This document shows positions 30,041 through 40,252 of a stretch of 64,000 bases of DNA, one piece after another. The position numbers were made by a program, and so were the translations under genes. Source of the stretch: Candidatus Tenderia sp. (GTDB lineage Bacteria; Pseudomonadota; Gammaproteobacteria; Tenderiales; Tenderiaceae); NCBI GenBank assembly GCA_031416075.1, contig JANOSY010000073.1, forward strand, positions 1 to 64,000. The letters are read 5' to 3'. Position 1 is the stretch's first letter; each line of letters begins with the position of its first letter. Below the pieces are notes generated by a model. The model saw nothing but the letters and a program-made list of their open reading frames with translations, did not search any database and was not told the DNA's origin.

Positions 30041-31882
30041 TTAAGCAGTAACACTCTCACCCAGATAAACAGACTGCTCATCATACGCTGGAAGAGTCAC
30101 TATAAAAGCGGCCCCTTTACCGGGTTCACTCTCAATCTCCACCGTACCTTGATGATCTCTAATGATGCCAAACGTGACAGAAAGTCCCAACCCAGTCCCT
30201 TTGCCTGCTGCCTTAGTGGTGAAAAAAGGCTCAAACACACGTGCTTTCACCTCATCGGTCATGCCAGGCCCACTATCAGCGACACGGACTTCCACCCTAC
30301 CTGAAACCAACAGACAACTGCTTATTCTCACTTCACCCGGCACACCATCCATAGCCTGTTGAGCGTTAATCATAAAGTTAATTAATGCCTGCTTTATCTG
30401 GTTACCATCGGCATAAATTTCCGGCACCTGATTATCCAGCACCTTCACTATTTTTACCTGATTAACACTTAACTGGTGATCGACTATGGCAATAGTCTCC
30501 TCAATAATCAGGTTAACATCGGTTGGTTCTTTCTTAACATCCTCTTTGCGAGCAAATTTCATCAAATTTTCGATAATATCTTTACAGCGTTTTGTCTCTT
30601 TTTCTATAACAACAAGGTTGTTATATACTGGGCCATCTTTTTCGACCTTACGCTTTGAAAGCTGTGCATAGCCAAGGATTCCCGCCAGTGGATTTTTTAT
30701 TTCGTGGGCAATACCTGCCCCCAGCTGGCCAAAAGCGGCCATTTTTTCAGATTGAACAAGGGCAGATTGTGCCGATTCCAAAGCCACTTCACGACTATGC
30801 AACTCCGTCGTCATAGTATTAAATGAACTAGCCAGAGCACCTAATTCATCCCGTGACTCCACATCAAGTCGTATATCAAATCCACCTTGCCCAACTGCCT
30901 TGGCCGCTTCGGATAGTCGTTCAATCGGTCTGGTAATACGTTGTGCCCATATAATCCCTAACAACGCAGCAAGAATTAGCAGCCCTAACGCAACCCAAAG
31001 AAGGTTTCCCAGCAGTTCTCGTGCCGTCAGATATGCAGCACTTTTAGGCACTTGAACGCCCGCTATCAGCGAACCATGTTTGACACGGGCACGGGCATAT
31101 CCGGCAACAACCGGCTCCCCTTTTACCACATACTCCACTATGGTGGCAGTACTCTGCATATCTGTCAGAACCTTCAGTTTTTCACGAGCCTCTAGTGGTA
31201 TCCAATCTACTATAGTGTGTGCCACAATCAGATTCAGATCTTTATGTGCCAAAATGGAACCCTTATTATCCATTAAAAAAGTCTCAAAAACTGAAGATCG
31301 ATTCACTACATTTAATAGCCTTTCCATGCGAACCATGGCAGAGACAATATGGGAATTACCCGTTTCAGGTGATTTTATTAATATGGCAATAGTTAATGTG
31401 GGTAGCGATTCATTTAGAGTCGAGTTAACTATGTAGCCCTCTTCATCAATAACCTTATCACCAGGCAAGGGGTTAGATTGACGATAATTGGATAATTCTT
31501 CTCTACTTAATCCAGCCTTTGTTAAAGAATCACTATCATAAATGGTTACCTGCTCTTTACCATTCTCATAAAGCGAAACTGAAACAAATTCCCCAATATC
31601 CTCAAATAGCCGCTGCAAAAGAATATTTTTCTCATTCTGTGGCAAACCAGAATCGATCATTATTCTTGAAAACAGACTCAACTTCTCTTCATACCCAAGA
31701 TGCAAAGAGTAAGACTCTTCAGCTACATGCTGAGCAATAATAGAGGTCATATCATAAATGTAGGTTGTTTTATCAGTATGAAATAGGGCAGCCATCGTAT
31801 ACGTTATGATGCTCACAACCAGTGTAATCACTAGTAGCAATATACTCATCAATTTAAATCTGATGGGAAAACGTAAGTTCAC
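30041..31882 (-). CDS. membrane sensor histidine kinase (Cache-HAMP-HisKA-HATPase)
   Basis: 2 TM, HAMP (DELG.LA.SFN.M), H-box AHEIKNPL, N/G1/F/G2 boxes. Confidence 0.93.
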   Translation of the reverse strand: MNLRFPIRFKLMSILLLVITLVVSIITYTMAALFHTDKTTYIYDMTSIIAQHVAEESYSLHLGYEEKLSLFSRIMIDSGLPQNEKNILLQRLFEDIGEFVSVSLYENGKEQVTIYDSDSLTKAGLSREELSNYRQSNPLPGDKVIDEEGYIVNSTLNESLPTLTIAILIKSPETGNSHIVSAMVRMERLLNVVNRSSVFETFLMDNKGSILAHKDLNLIVAHTIVDWIPLEAREKLKVLTDMQSTATIVEYVVKGEPVVAGYARARVKHGSLIAGVQVPKSAAYLTARELLGNLLWVALGLLILAALLGIIWAQRITRPIERLSEAAKAVGQGGFDIRLDVESRDELGALASSFNTMTTELHSREVALESAQSALVQSEKMAAFGQLGAGIAHEIKNPLAGILGYAQLSKRKVEKDGPVYNNLVVIEKETKRCKDIIENLMKFARKEDVKKEPTDVNLIIEETIAIVDHQLSVNQVKIVKVLDNQVPEIYADGNQIKQALINFMINAQQAMDGVPGEVRISSCLLVSGRVEVRVADSGPGMTDEVKARVFEPFFTTKAAGKGTGLGLSVTFGIIRDHQGTVEIESEPGKGAAFIVTLPAYDEQSVYLGESVTA

Positions 31883-33174
31883 TAAAATTTTCCGTAAACC
31901 ATTTTCGAATTATATGTTACGTTTCCGGCCATATCAACAGCTTCAACAACCAATATATTTATCCCCTGTTGCAATGTTAAAGCTTTAGAAAAAGTTCCAT
32001 CACCTGCTATCGATATAGGTTCCCCTGTCACAAAAATATTGACACCAGGCTCACTTACACCCGTCAATATAAAATCAGAATTATTGATTATCTTATTAGG
32101 GAAATTAACCTTTAATAGTGGAGGAACTTTGTCCTGAATAACGCTTATTTGTCCAGTTTTACTATATGGTCCGTGCACCCATGAATGGGATGCATTAACT
32201 CGCCAGAAATAATCCCCTATGTATAAATTTCCCAAACTAAAATTGTTTGACATGACAACATCATCAACTATCAAAATATTAAAATCTTTATCTTTCGATA
32301 TTTGGATACGATAATTATCTGATTGTTTTACATTCTTCCATTTAAAATAAATTTTTGTGGGTAAGTCACGATAATAAAAAATGGATTTATGAGATGGGCT
32401 ATCTAGTTTAACCTCTGGAGGTAACTCTTCTGAGTTCCGCATAGGAACACCGTCTTTCGCTGTTATGGACTGATTTTCAGTCACCACAACCCGCTGTCCC
32501 ATAGAGGTGAATTCTGCTGTTCCAGAGTAGACAGTTAACGTTGATGATTTATCAGGATTCACTTTTATTGTAAATTCGGCCACTTCTCCCTCACCAGAAA
32601 CGGCAGCCACTGCATTTGAGGTGGCCACTTCAACCCGCAATCCCTGTTTATTTGATCCGCTAATAGTGCCACTCAGCTCACCATCAACAACTATGATCTG
32701 AGAACGCCTCTCATTACGGAACATACCCTTTTCCAGATGCTGAACGATAATCAGTGAATTTTCGCCAATAGAGAGGCGGTTACTTTTATCAAAAACAATA
32801 TTTGCTCCTGATCCACGGAAAGTTTGTATTGCATCCTGATCAAACAGAGGAGTGCCTGAATCAACACTTTCCCATGCCATCCCACCAGCGGGTTTCCGTT
32901 TAACTGTCTGTTTTGTTCTATCCAATACAGCCGTCAACCCCTTAATATCAAGCAGTCCTGCCTCATAGTCCCCCACACTGACAACCATATTGCGCTTTCC
33001 AACTTCATCTTTTTTATGGTCTTTGTTGAGAATTCCAATCAAACCACTACCAGTAGGAAAAACATTATTAATCAACATCATAATAATGCCAAATGCAATA
33101 AGGACCAAAATCAAGGCAATTAATACCTCGACTATACGAACAGATACAGACATTGAGTTTGTTTTTTCTGTCAC
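31882..33174 (-). CDS. membrane-anchored FecR-domain protein with C-terminal Ig-like domains
   Basis: N-terminal TM; L...DAIQT...A.I.F.....L.IGENS FecR-like region; FN3/Ig C-terminus. Confidence 0.75.
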   Translation of the reverse strand: MTEKTNSMSVSVRIVEVLIALILVLIAFGIIMMLINNVFPTGSGLIGILNKDHKKDEVGKRNMVVSVGDYEAGLLDIKGLTAVLDRTKQTVKRKPAGGMAWESVDSGTPLFDQDAIQTFRGSGANIVFDKSNRLSIGENSLIIVQHLEKGMFRNERRSQIIVVDGELSGTISGSNKQGLRVEVATSNAVAAVSGEGEVAEFTIKVNPDKSSTLTVYSGTAEFTSMGQRVVVTENQSITAKDGVPMRNSEELPPEVKLDSPSHKSIFYYRDLPTKIYFKWKNVKQSDNYRIQISKDKDFNILIVDDVVMSNNFSLGNLYIGDYFWRVNASHSWVHGPYSKTGQISVIQDKVPPLLKVNFPNKIINNSDFILTGVSEPGVNIFVTGEPISIAGDGTFSKALTLQQGINILVVEAVDMAGNVTYNSKMVYGKF

Positions 33175-33254
33175 GGGTCATAGTTACAGCCCAATCATAT
33201 ATTCAGGCTGATCCCCCCTGTAAAATAGATAAAACCAATAAGAGCTTATGGTAT

Positions 33255-33281
33255 GTATCGGCATTGGAAGGCCAGCCATGA
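33255..33281 (-). promoter_or_regulatory. putative sigma28 (FliA) promoter upstream of the FecR gene
   Basis: Minus strand TCAT-N15-GCCGATAC. Confidence 0.4.
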
Positions 33282-33462
33282 ACACAGGATTACAATAATT
33301 CACAACTAACTAAGTATGGATGGAGTATTGTTTATAAAATAGTACGGATATTATGAATAGAAAATATTTAATCTTTAATAGCCAAAAACTTCACTGAAAA
33401 AATTATATTCTTAAATGCAAATTAAGTCACCACCGGAAAATCCGGGGGACTGCCTTATTTAT

Positions 33463-36400
33463 TTAATACTTACCCTGAAGTCTCAAGAACCAGCCATAAA
33501 CAGAGTAATCATTATCAGATCGTTCATTGTCTGAAAAGTCAGTAAAGTTAAATCCAACGCCCAGACGCACGTGTCGGTTTGCACGCCACATCAATTCTGT
33601 CAGCCAGCCATCACGCTGATCTTTTGCTTCGCGTTGTGACAGACTACGATATTCCATTCCAAGATCCCAATCAGTAATGAACTGATAATTCAGACGATGA
33701 ATAGAGAGCCAAGTATGACTAGTAAATGGAGATTGTTCATTGTCATTCTGACTTTTACGTTTGTAAGCAAGTTTATCTACCCATTCAATATTTGGCGTTA
33801 ACTCGTAGGACCATTCAGAAGAAAGTATTTCTACCTGTGATTCCTGATCATCCTGAACATGCAGTGTTAATGGTCGTTTATCATAAATACCAGTATAACG
33901 GGCCAACATATTAAACCGGTCACTTTCTACCGGTCGATACGCAAAACCGATACTATGTTCATTAAGTTCAGATTCTGTTACACCCAGATTTAGATCCTTG
34001 GTTTGGCTAATCAAATATTTAAAAATAAACGTATAATCTGGATTAATTTTTAGTTCCAATAGAGTATTACTAAGATATTGAATGCGTTCTTTATCACCAC
34101 TCTCACGTCTGATCTCATTTTTTGTTGAGCCGCTTAATCCTGACACACCTTTGTAACTTAAGCGGGTTGATAGTGTATAACGTTCACTGTCATTCAAGGC
34201 ACCATTGATAACACCCTTCTCAACTGCCAGCTTCAGACGAAATCCTTGCTGTATATCCCAAAAGCGGTCTATTCCTACCATTGAGACCTGTCGATCACCA
34301 GCAGTGGAATTCTCAATCTGATACTCACTATATATCCGGCTATTTTTAGCTAACTGATTCTCTCCACCTATAACTGTACTCAATGAGGATTGACCCAGTG
34401 TATTTTGGCGCATACGCTCATCCAGATATATTCGCCCACCATCAAACAACCATTGCACTCCCACTTTTGCCGCTGTGCCTTGAGTTCCATTTGCGAGACG
34501 GCCAATCAACTCAGTTGATTGGCCTATTTTATAATCGGCACCGATAGTTGTCTGATCATCTTCATCGCCGGATAGTGTCTGCTGCTGTTCAATCTGTGTA
34601 TCTAAACTATCGTTCACCTTATATCGAAGTTGACCGCTTATATAATCGCCACTTGATACACTATCACCCACTGAGTTGACTGCATCGCGGTTTTGATACT
34701 CAGTACTGACTCCCCAGTCTTTAGCGTCATAACGCCACTGCAGAGAGAGTTTTTTTGTCTCTACAATAGAATTGGGATTTATTGTCGTTATTGAACTCTC
34801 CTCCATACTGCTGCTTGCCAATAGTTTGCTCTGATTACTCAAGGTATACAGCATCGTTATCCCGATCTTACGTGTTCCTTTTTCAAGGAAATTACCACTA
34901 GATAGAAAACCTTCACCCAGTTGTTTAGCATAGCCATTTATCAACATGCGACCTGGATCATTCAGAAGCTTACCTATATCCAACTCCATGGCTGCTTTCC
35001 AAGCTTGGCCTTCCAAGGTTCCCGCAGGTGTCAGGTCATCAAAGCTTAAACCACCGTCTTGACTGTAATACGTATGGCTGGCAATGCCTCTGCTTTGCGC
35101 CAGCTCCGTCACTATTCTCAAACCACGTCCAATATCTATTTCAGCATCTATTCCTGTAAGTTGATATTCACCATTATTGATCTCATCATTAATCTGTGTG
35201 ATGCCCACTGCAACATTTTTACCCAATGCCTTACTAGCCCGTACGCCGTAGGATTTTTTGTCAAAGCTGCTTAGATTTGTCTCATAGTCAACCGTTAATA
35301 TTGTTGGATTTCCTGACAACAAAGAGCTATCAAATAGAGAGTGGCTATCCACCACGCTGGCAATAGGGTCGCTGGTGATCAACCGTCCTTGATCATAATA
35401 GATCCGATAATCAATATTTCTTTGCAAAGTTTTACGGCTCAATATCAAACCGGTATCACGATCTCTTACCACAATAGATACCTGCTCACTTCCTTCAATG
35501 ATATCGCCGTGACTAAGGTAATAGAGTGACCCACCTGTTCCATTTAATTCATCATGAATGGGGACCTGTTTTACTTCTGCCGCAAATATAATTGCCTGAG
35601 CATTAGGCCGCTCATTTATGTTTTTGGCTATTGAGGTATAAATGCCACGTATGCCATAAAGTGTACGCTGATAACTTGCTAGCTCTGTTTTATCAAAACC
35701 AATCGCATAGTTACCCACAAAAACACTCATTTCATCACTTGTTAATGCAAGATAGAACTTTCCTTGACTATTAATTTCATCTACCAAAGTGCTTGAATCA
35801 CCATAAACAGGATAATATTTATCAGGATCAAGATTGGTGAAAAGCCTTGAACTCTCCTGCTTGTCAATATTATTCATAAATGAATCATTATCACCGGTAT
35901 CAAAAGATGAAGTGATCAGGTATTTACCTTTAATCACGCCCTTTAAATAGTAAGCCACCCTCCCCTCACTATAAAATGAATTACTCTTTTGCAATCCGGA
36001 TGCCTCAAGATAGCCACTACCTTTTAACTGCCCAAATTTCCCATCTGCAAAGGCCATAAAAAACATGCGATCATCGCTAATTTCAATGTTCCGCTCAATC
36101 ACCCCGCTATAACCTTCCGGATCAGTTACCTCAACCCGGACGCTATTTTCACCTTTAGGTAAAACCAGGTTTGCTACAAAGTGACCGTTAGGATCAACAG
36201 TAATACGTTCACCATTAATGGTTATCTTGTTAAGCGGATTGGTCACGCCCGAGACAGGCAGTTCAGGGACGGTTCTTAATACCCCCATCTGTGGTAACTT
36301 GACGGTTAGGCTTGGTATTGGGTCCACCAACAACATTAACTTACCATCAACATTTCGATCACTTAATGTGGCTTGTAAATCGGCAATGCGGCTATAACCT

Positions 36401-39360
36401 TGCGCATTGGTGACTATAACAGAAACGCTGTTCTTTCCTGAATGTAACATCAATGAATGATTGAAAACTCCATCATCGGTTATTGATACGCCGATACCAT
36501 CTATTTCTAAACTATTTCCAGGGTCGGTACGACCACGTAATTCGTACGGCATTAAGAACCCATGTTGACTTTCACTATTAGTTCCCACTATTCCAACGTC
36601 ATTATAGATTTCTGGATATGGAAGTGTCTCTTTACCCTTCATTGTATAAAATACTAATGATGGAATATTTACAATCGCTTTGAATTCACTACCACTACTG
36701 CTGACCATCTCCATAGTTAACTGAGAGGTCTCTTCATAAGAGTAACTACGCTGAAAGCGTCCAAGGCCATCTAACGGCAACAACTCTCCATTTATTTTTA
36801 CCTGTGGCATCGTTCTATATTGGTCATAAAGCTTAACATCAGACTCCGTGCTAAAATCACCCTTTATCTCAACACGACGGTTAATCTCCCTACCCATATC
36901 AGTATTATTACTAACAATTGGGCTGCTCTCACCAAACCAACGGATAATCAGCTGTTCACGAGGTACGCCTTCTATATCAACCAGGAAATGGGCGGCCGCT
37001 TCTGCACGCCGTTGTGACAGAATCATGTTAACGTTATCATCCCCTCTATTATCACTATGCCCTTCTACTAACACCTGTTCACCTGGGAACTGTTTTAATA
37101 CTTTGGCCGCACCAGATAATATTTTCTTTGCATCGTCTGAAAGCTCTGTTGATCCTGTCTTAAATGCACCGCCAGACATATTGACAGATAATACTTCTGT
37201 ACGATTAACTCCAAACAGCTGGCGAGATGTTTTAATACTCACTCCATCTGAATAGTTAATTAGAAGTTGATACTGGAATATTTTTCCGCCTTTAACAGTT
37301 TTTCCAGAATCATCTCGGCCATTCCATTCTAATATACTGGGAAGAGGACCTCGCCCAGACAATGTATATACATGTTTTCCATCGGAATCATTAATGACAA
37401 AACTCCACGATTCAACTCTATCATTATCATCAATTTGCACATTAAAAATGGCCGGCGTCTCAAGTTCTCCGCCCTTTATTTTGATTGTATTATCCATATT
37501 CAAACTATTCAAATTAACATTTGAATTAGAAAGATGTTTAACCGTACCATTGATGACTGCAAGCATAACTTCAGCATAGCCTTGTATCTGGATTGGCTTT
37601 TGGCTGCTATCACCCTCCATGGTGACTCCTTTTACTAAATCTCGGCCAATGCTATTTTTCTCAAATATATAACGTACACCAAAGTTCGCTTTTGCTAACA
37701 AACCTGGTGTTACCGAGACAATTAGGGCCTCTTCCGTAGTAACTACAGCATTATCCGCCAAATGGGGTAAATTTATTTTTAGTAGTCGATGTCCAGGTGC
37801 TACGGCGGAAAAGTGGTAACGACCATATTCATCAGTAAGAACATAGCTGCCATTATCAAGCACCACCATAGCACCACCAATACCAATCTCTCCCTTTGAT
37901 TGATGGCCATCGCCATCATGATCTCCAAATACTTTTCCAATGATAGTTCCAAGATCAAATATTGGGTCAATCACCACTTCAACTTTTGATTCAACCCTAT
38001 TTGATATCAGGCAGCGATTACACACATCAATCGCATACGCGTTATTAATGTAATCACCTGGCTTTGCACCAGAACCTATAATAAGTTGATAACTCAACAT
38101 CTGATAGCCAGATTCCCCTGCATCAGCTTGACCATTACCATTTTTATCAGACAGTGCATCAATGTTACCAATTAAGAAATTAAGCTGATGTATCCCTGAT
38201 GGATCTTGAGTTTGAATACCATTTATTCGGCTGCTGCCGGGTAAATATTTAAAGTTTGGTGGGATACGGTCTAACAAAGAGACCTGCTCAATAGTTTTAT
38301 CAGTACTATTTTTTATCTCCACATAATAAGTCACCAGGTCTCCAATCATCGCCTTTTCTTTGTTTGCACGTTTAGTCAAACGTAATATTTCACCTTGGCT
38401 AAAATATATTAATGGACGTGATAACAGATCAAATCCATCGTTTATATTAGTAGCTGATACAGTAGAAATACCTGGCTTATTTGAGTATATTTTTCCTATA
38501 GCGCTGCCATTGGTCAGAGTTATACCTATAGGCTGCTCAATATTGTCAAAAACACCTCTATTAGTTGATAAAGCTATCTTTTTATCAGTGACTGGAGAAC
38601 CATTTGAATCTAAAAGGGTGACAGTTACTTGGCTGTTACTAATGCCGTCTGCAATGACAATATCGGGTACTACGACAATTGTAGAGAGCAAAGGATCCGC
38701 ACTGGTGACAACAGCAACCTGACGGCTATTATTATCCGTCACATCACCATCAGCACTTCCATCAACGCTTTCCATTGAGCTAATATCTGGTGTATTAACA
38801 TCATCTACGTAACTAAAAAATAATCCAACACCTGCCTCAAGCGGTGTATCAGCCTGTATTTCAGCACTAATTCTAGACTTGTCTACCATTACTTTGATGC
38901 CAAGATCAATAGTCAGCTTAGTTCCATCTGATATTGCACAGAATGTATTGGCAGAAACTGCGGGGCATGTTTGTGACCATAGATCTCCAGCTATAGAGAG
39001 CCAATTCAACGAGATATTTTTATATCCTGATGGTGAAACTATAGTAATTCTATTTATTCCAGTATCATTAACTCCTATTGAAGGCAATAAATCATAGATA
39101 AAAACTTTTGATTTTATATTAGCAGGAACACTATTTGGATATATTTCAGCGTGAACGATAGTCGCAGCATTATTGCCACCAAGAACATCAAATGAAACCG
39201 TTGCTTGACTCAGGTCTAGCGGGTAACCATTAAATGTTCCTGTTACACCACTTTGAACAACTGCTGCCTGTGAAACACAGATAACAAGATTTGCCCATAG
39301 GAAAAATAACAGAGTTCCCATGAGTATCTTTGACTTACTAAGCATGTGCCTTTTTAACAC
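33463..39360 (-). CDS. giant outer-membrane protein: Ig/Big_1, DUF11, SdrD-B-like, FlgD-like Ig, OmpA-C, Ig repeats, C-terminal beta-barrel
   Basis: Signal peptide; IADG....VTVTL.D.NG (Big_1); L.LTK...K..A.IGD.VTY.VEI.N (DUF11); GKVF.D.DGDG; GHSDNRG...LSQRRA...NRRVEI (OmpA); long amphipathic beta region ending LRLQGKY. Confidence 0.8.
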   Translation of the reverse strand: MLKRHMLSKSKILMGTLLFFLWANLVICVSQAAVVQSGVTGTFNGYPLDLSQATVSFDVLGGNNAATIVHAEIYPNSVPANIKSKVFIYDLLPSIGVNDTGINRITIVSPSGYKNISLNWLSIAGDLWSQTCPAVSANTFCAISDGTKLTIDLGIKVMVDKSRISAEIQADTPLEAGVGLFFSYVDDVNTPDISSMESVDGSADGDVTDNNSRQVAVVTSADPLLSTIVVVPDIVIADGISNSQVTVTLLDSNGSPVTDKKIALSTNRGVFDNIEQPIGITLTNGSAIGKIYSNKPGISTVSATNINDGFDLLSRPLIYFSQGEILRLTKRANKEKAMIGDLVTYYVEIKNSTDKTIEQVSLLDRIPPNFKYLPGSSRINGIQTQDPSGIHQLNFLIGNIDALSDKNGNGQADAGESGYQMLSYQLIIGSGAKPGDYINNAYAIDVCNRCLISNRVESKVEVVIDPIFDLGTIIGKVFGDHDGDGHQSKGEIGIGGAMVVLDNGSYVLTDEYGRYHFSAVAPGHRLLKINLPHLADNAVVTTEEALIVSVTPGLLAKANFGVRYIFEKNSIGRDLVKGVTMEGDSSQKPIQIQGYAEVMLAVINGTVKHLSNSNVNLNSLNMDNTIKIKGGELETPAIFNVQIDDNDRVESWSFVINDSDGKHVYTLSGRGPLPSILEWNGRDDSGKTVKGGKIFQYQLLINYSDGVSIKTSRQLFGVNRTEVLSVNMSGGAFKTGSTELSDDAKKILSGAAKVLKQFPGEQVLVEGHSDNRGDDNVNMILSQRRAEAAAHFLVDIEGVPREQLIIRWFGESSPIVSNNTDMGREINRRVEIKGDFSTESDVKLYDQYRTMPQVKINGELLPLDGLGRFQRSYSYEETSQLTMEMVSSSGSEFKAIVNIPSLVFYTMKGKETLPYPEIYNDVGIVGTNSESQHGFLMPYELRGRTDPGNSLEIDGIGVSITDDGVFNHSLMLHSGKNSVSVIVTNAQGYSRIADLQATLSDRNVDGKLMLLVDPIPSLTVKLPQMGVLRTVPELPVSGVTNPLNKITINGERITVDPNGHFVANLVLPKGENSVRVEVTDPEGYSGVIERNIEISDDRMFFMAFADGKFGQLKGSGYLEASGLQKSNSFYSEGRVAYYLKGVIKGKYLITSSFDTGDNDSFMNNIDKQESSRLFTNLDPDKYYPVYGDSSTLVDEINSQGKFYLALTSDEMSVFVGNYAIGFDKTELASYQRTLYGIRGIYTSIAKNINERPNAQAIIFAAEVKQVPIHDELNGTGGSLYYLSHGDIIEGSEQVSIVVRDRDTGLILSRKTLQRNIDYRIYYDQGRLITSDPIASVVDSHSLFDSSLLSGNPTILTVDYETNLSSFDKKSYGVRASKALGKNVAVGITQINDEINNGEYQLTGIDAEIDIGRGLRIVTELAQSRGIASHTYYSQDGGLSFDDLTPAGTLEGQAWKAAMELDIGKLLNDPGRMLINGYAKQLGEGFLSSGNFLEKGTRKIGITMLYTLSNQSKLLASSSMEESSITTINPNSIVETKKLSLQWRYDAKDWGVSTEYQNRDAVNSVGDSVSSGDYISGQLRYKVNDSLDTQIEQQQTLSGDEDDQTTIGADYKIGQSTELIGRLANGTQGTAAKVGVQWLFDGGRIYLDERMRQNTLGQSSLSTVIGGENQLAKNSRIYSEYQIENSTAGDRQVSMVGIDRFWDIQQGFRLKLAVEKGVINGALNDSERYTLSTRLSYKGVSGLSGSTKNEIRRESGDKERIQYLSNTLLELKINPDYTFIFKYLISQTKDLNLGVTESELNEHSIGFAYRPVESDRFNMLARYTGIYDKRPLTLHVQDDQESQVEILSSEWSYELTPNIEWVDKLAYKRKSQNDNEQSPFTSHTWLSIHRLNYQFITDWDLGMEYRSLSQREAKDQRDGWLTELMWRANRHVRLGVGFNFTDFSDNERSDNDYSVYGWFLRLQGKY

Positions 39361-39524
39361 TTTTAATGCGGACTATCTGTTTATCTGAGACTACCTTTAA
39401 ACAACAAAATTCTGCCGCCTATAAACGAACAAAATCAGCACAGGGCTGGTATTACAGTCCGGCTTGTTGTTCTCATCATCACGAGGATAATCTCAATAAA
39501 AACATTATTGCCCGACTCCACCCG

Positions 39525-40136
39525 TCAATTAATACGCGCACGAAACATGAACGAAACAACTTTACCAGCAGGAATATTAACCACTCCATTGGTCTGCCCT
39601 GTATGCGCCCCCATGGTAATTAAATCAGGTGAGACCGCAACATTAGCAGAGGCCACATCCGCATTAATGGCATCACTCAAAGAAATTCCGCTACCACTTG
39701 CATTGGTATCGTTAAATATTGTGGCTAAAGATGCAGCGCTATTGGTAGTGTTGTTATTCCATGTTAAAGAGCCTGCTTGATAGGTAAAGTCCGTATCATT
39801 GAGTTGATCCTCAAGCCTGACATCAGATGATTGCGTACTAGTTGAGTTATCTATATAAATAATAAATTTTACGATACTGCCCTTTACAACGGAGCTGCCA
39901 CTAACAATTTCCGTGCCCGTGTTATCATCCAGAAATGCTTTTTTTACTACGGCTAACGTAGCACTGGTAATTGTTAGCGTTGCAGAGTCTGTAATGTAAT
40001 CGGTGTCTGACAATGTAGGGTCAGCGCCTAAATTAGCCCGCCCGATATTAGTCGCAGACCACGCTAATGAAGATGCTGAAAGCAAGTACAAAGAGAATAT
40101 AGAGCAGACTAACTGTGTTTTTAAATTTGGTCTCAT
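39525..40136 (-). CDS. secreted DUF11-like single-domain protein (putative pilin)
   Basis: Signal peptide; LAVVKKA...G..VKF.IYIDN...DV...D.L...F.Y..GS; ends SFMFRARIN; paralog of 40253-40888. Confidence 0.7.
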   Translation of the reverse strand: MRPNLKTQLVCSIFSLYLLSASSLAWSATNIGRANLGADPTLSDTDYITDSATLTITSATLAVVKKAFLDDNTGTEIVSGSSVVKGSIVKFIIYIDNSTSTQSSDVRLEDQLNDTDFTYQAGSLTWNNNTTNSAASLATIFNDTNASGSGISLSDAINADVASANVAVSPDLITMGAHTGQTNGVVNIPAGKVVSFMFRARIN

Positions 40137-40252
40137 AGGAAACCCCTTATACTTCTTTCAGAGAAAAAATCCTTCGTTCTCTGGCACTGTTAATATGTGT
40201 AAAAATCCATGTAATACACAACAAACAACGTATTTAAATAGCTGTATTAAAC

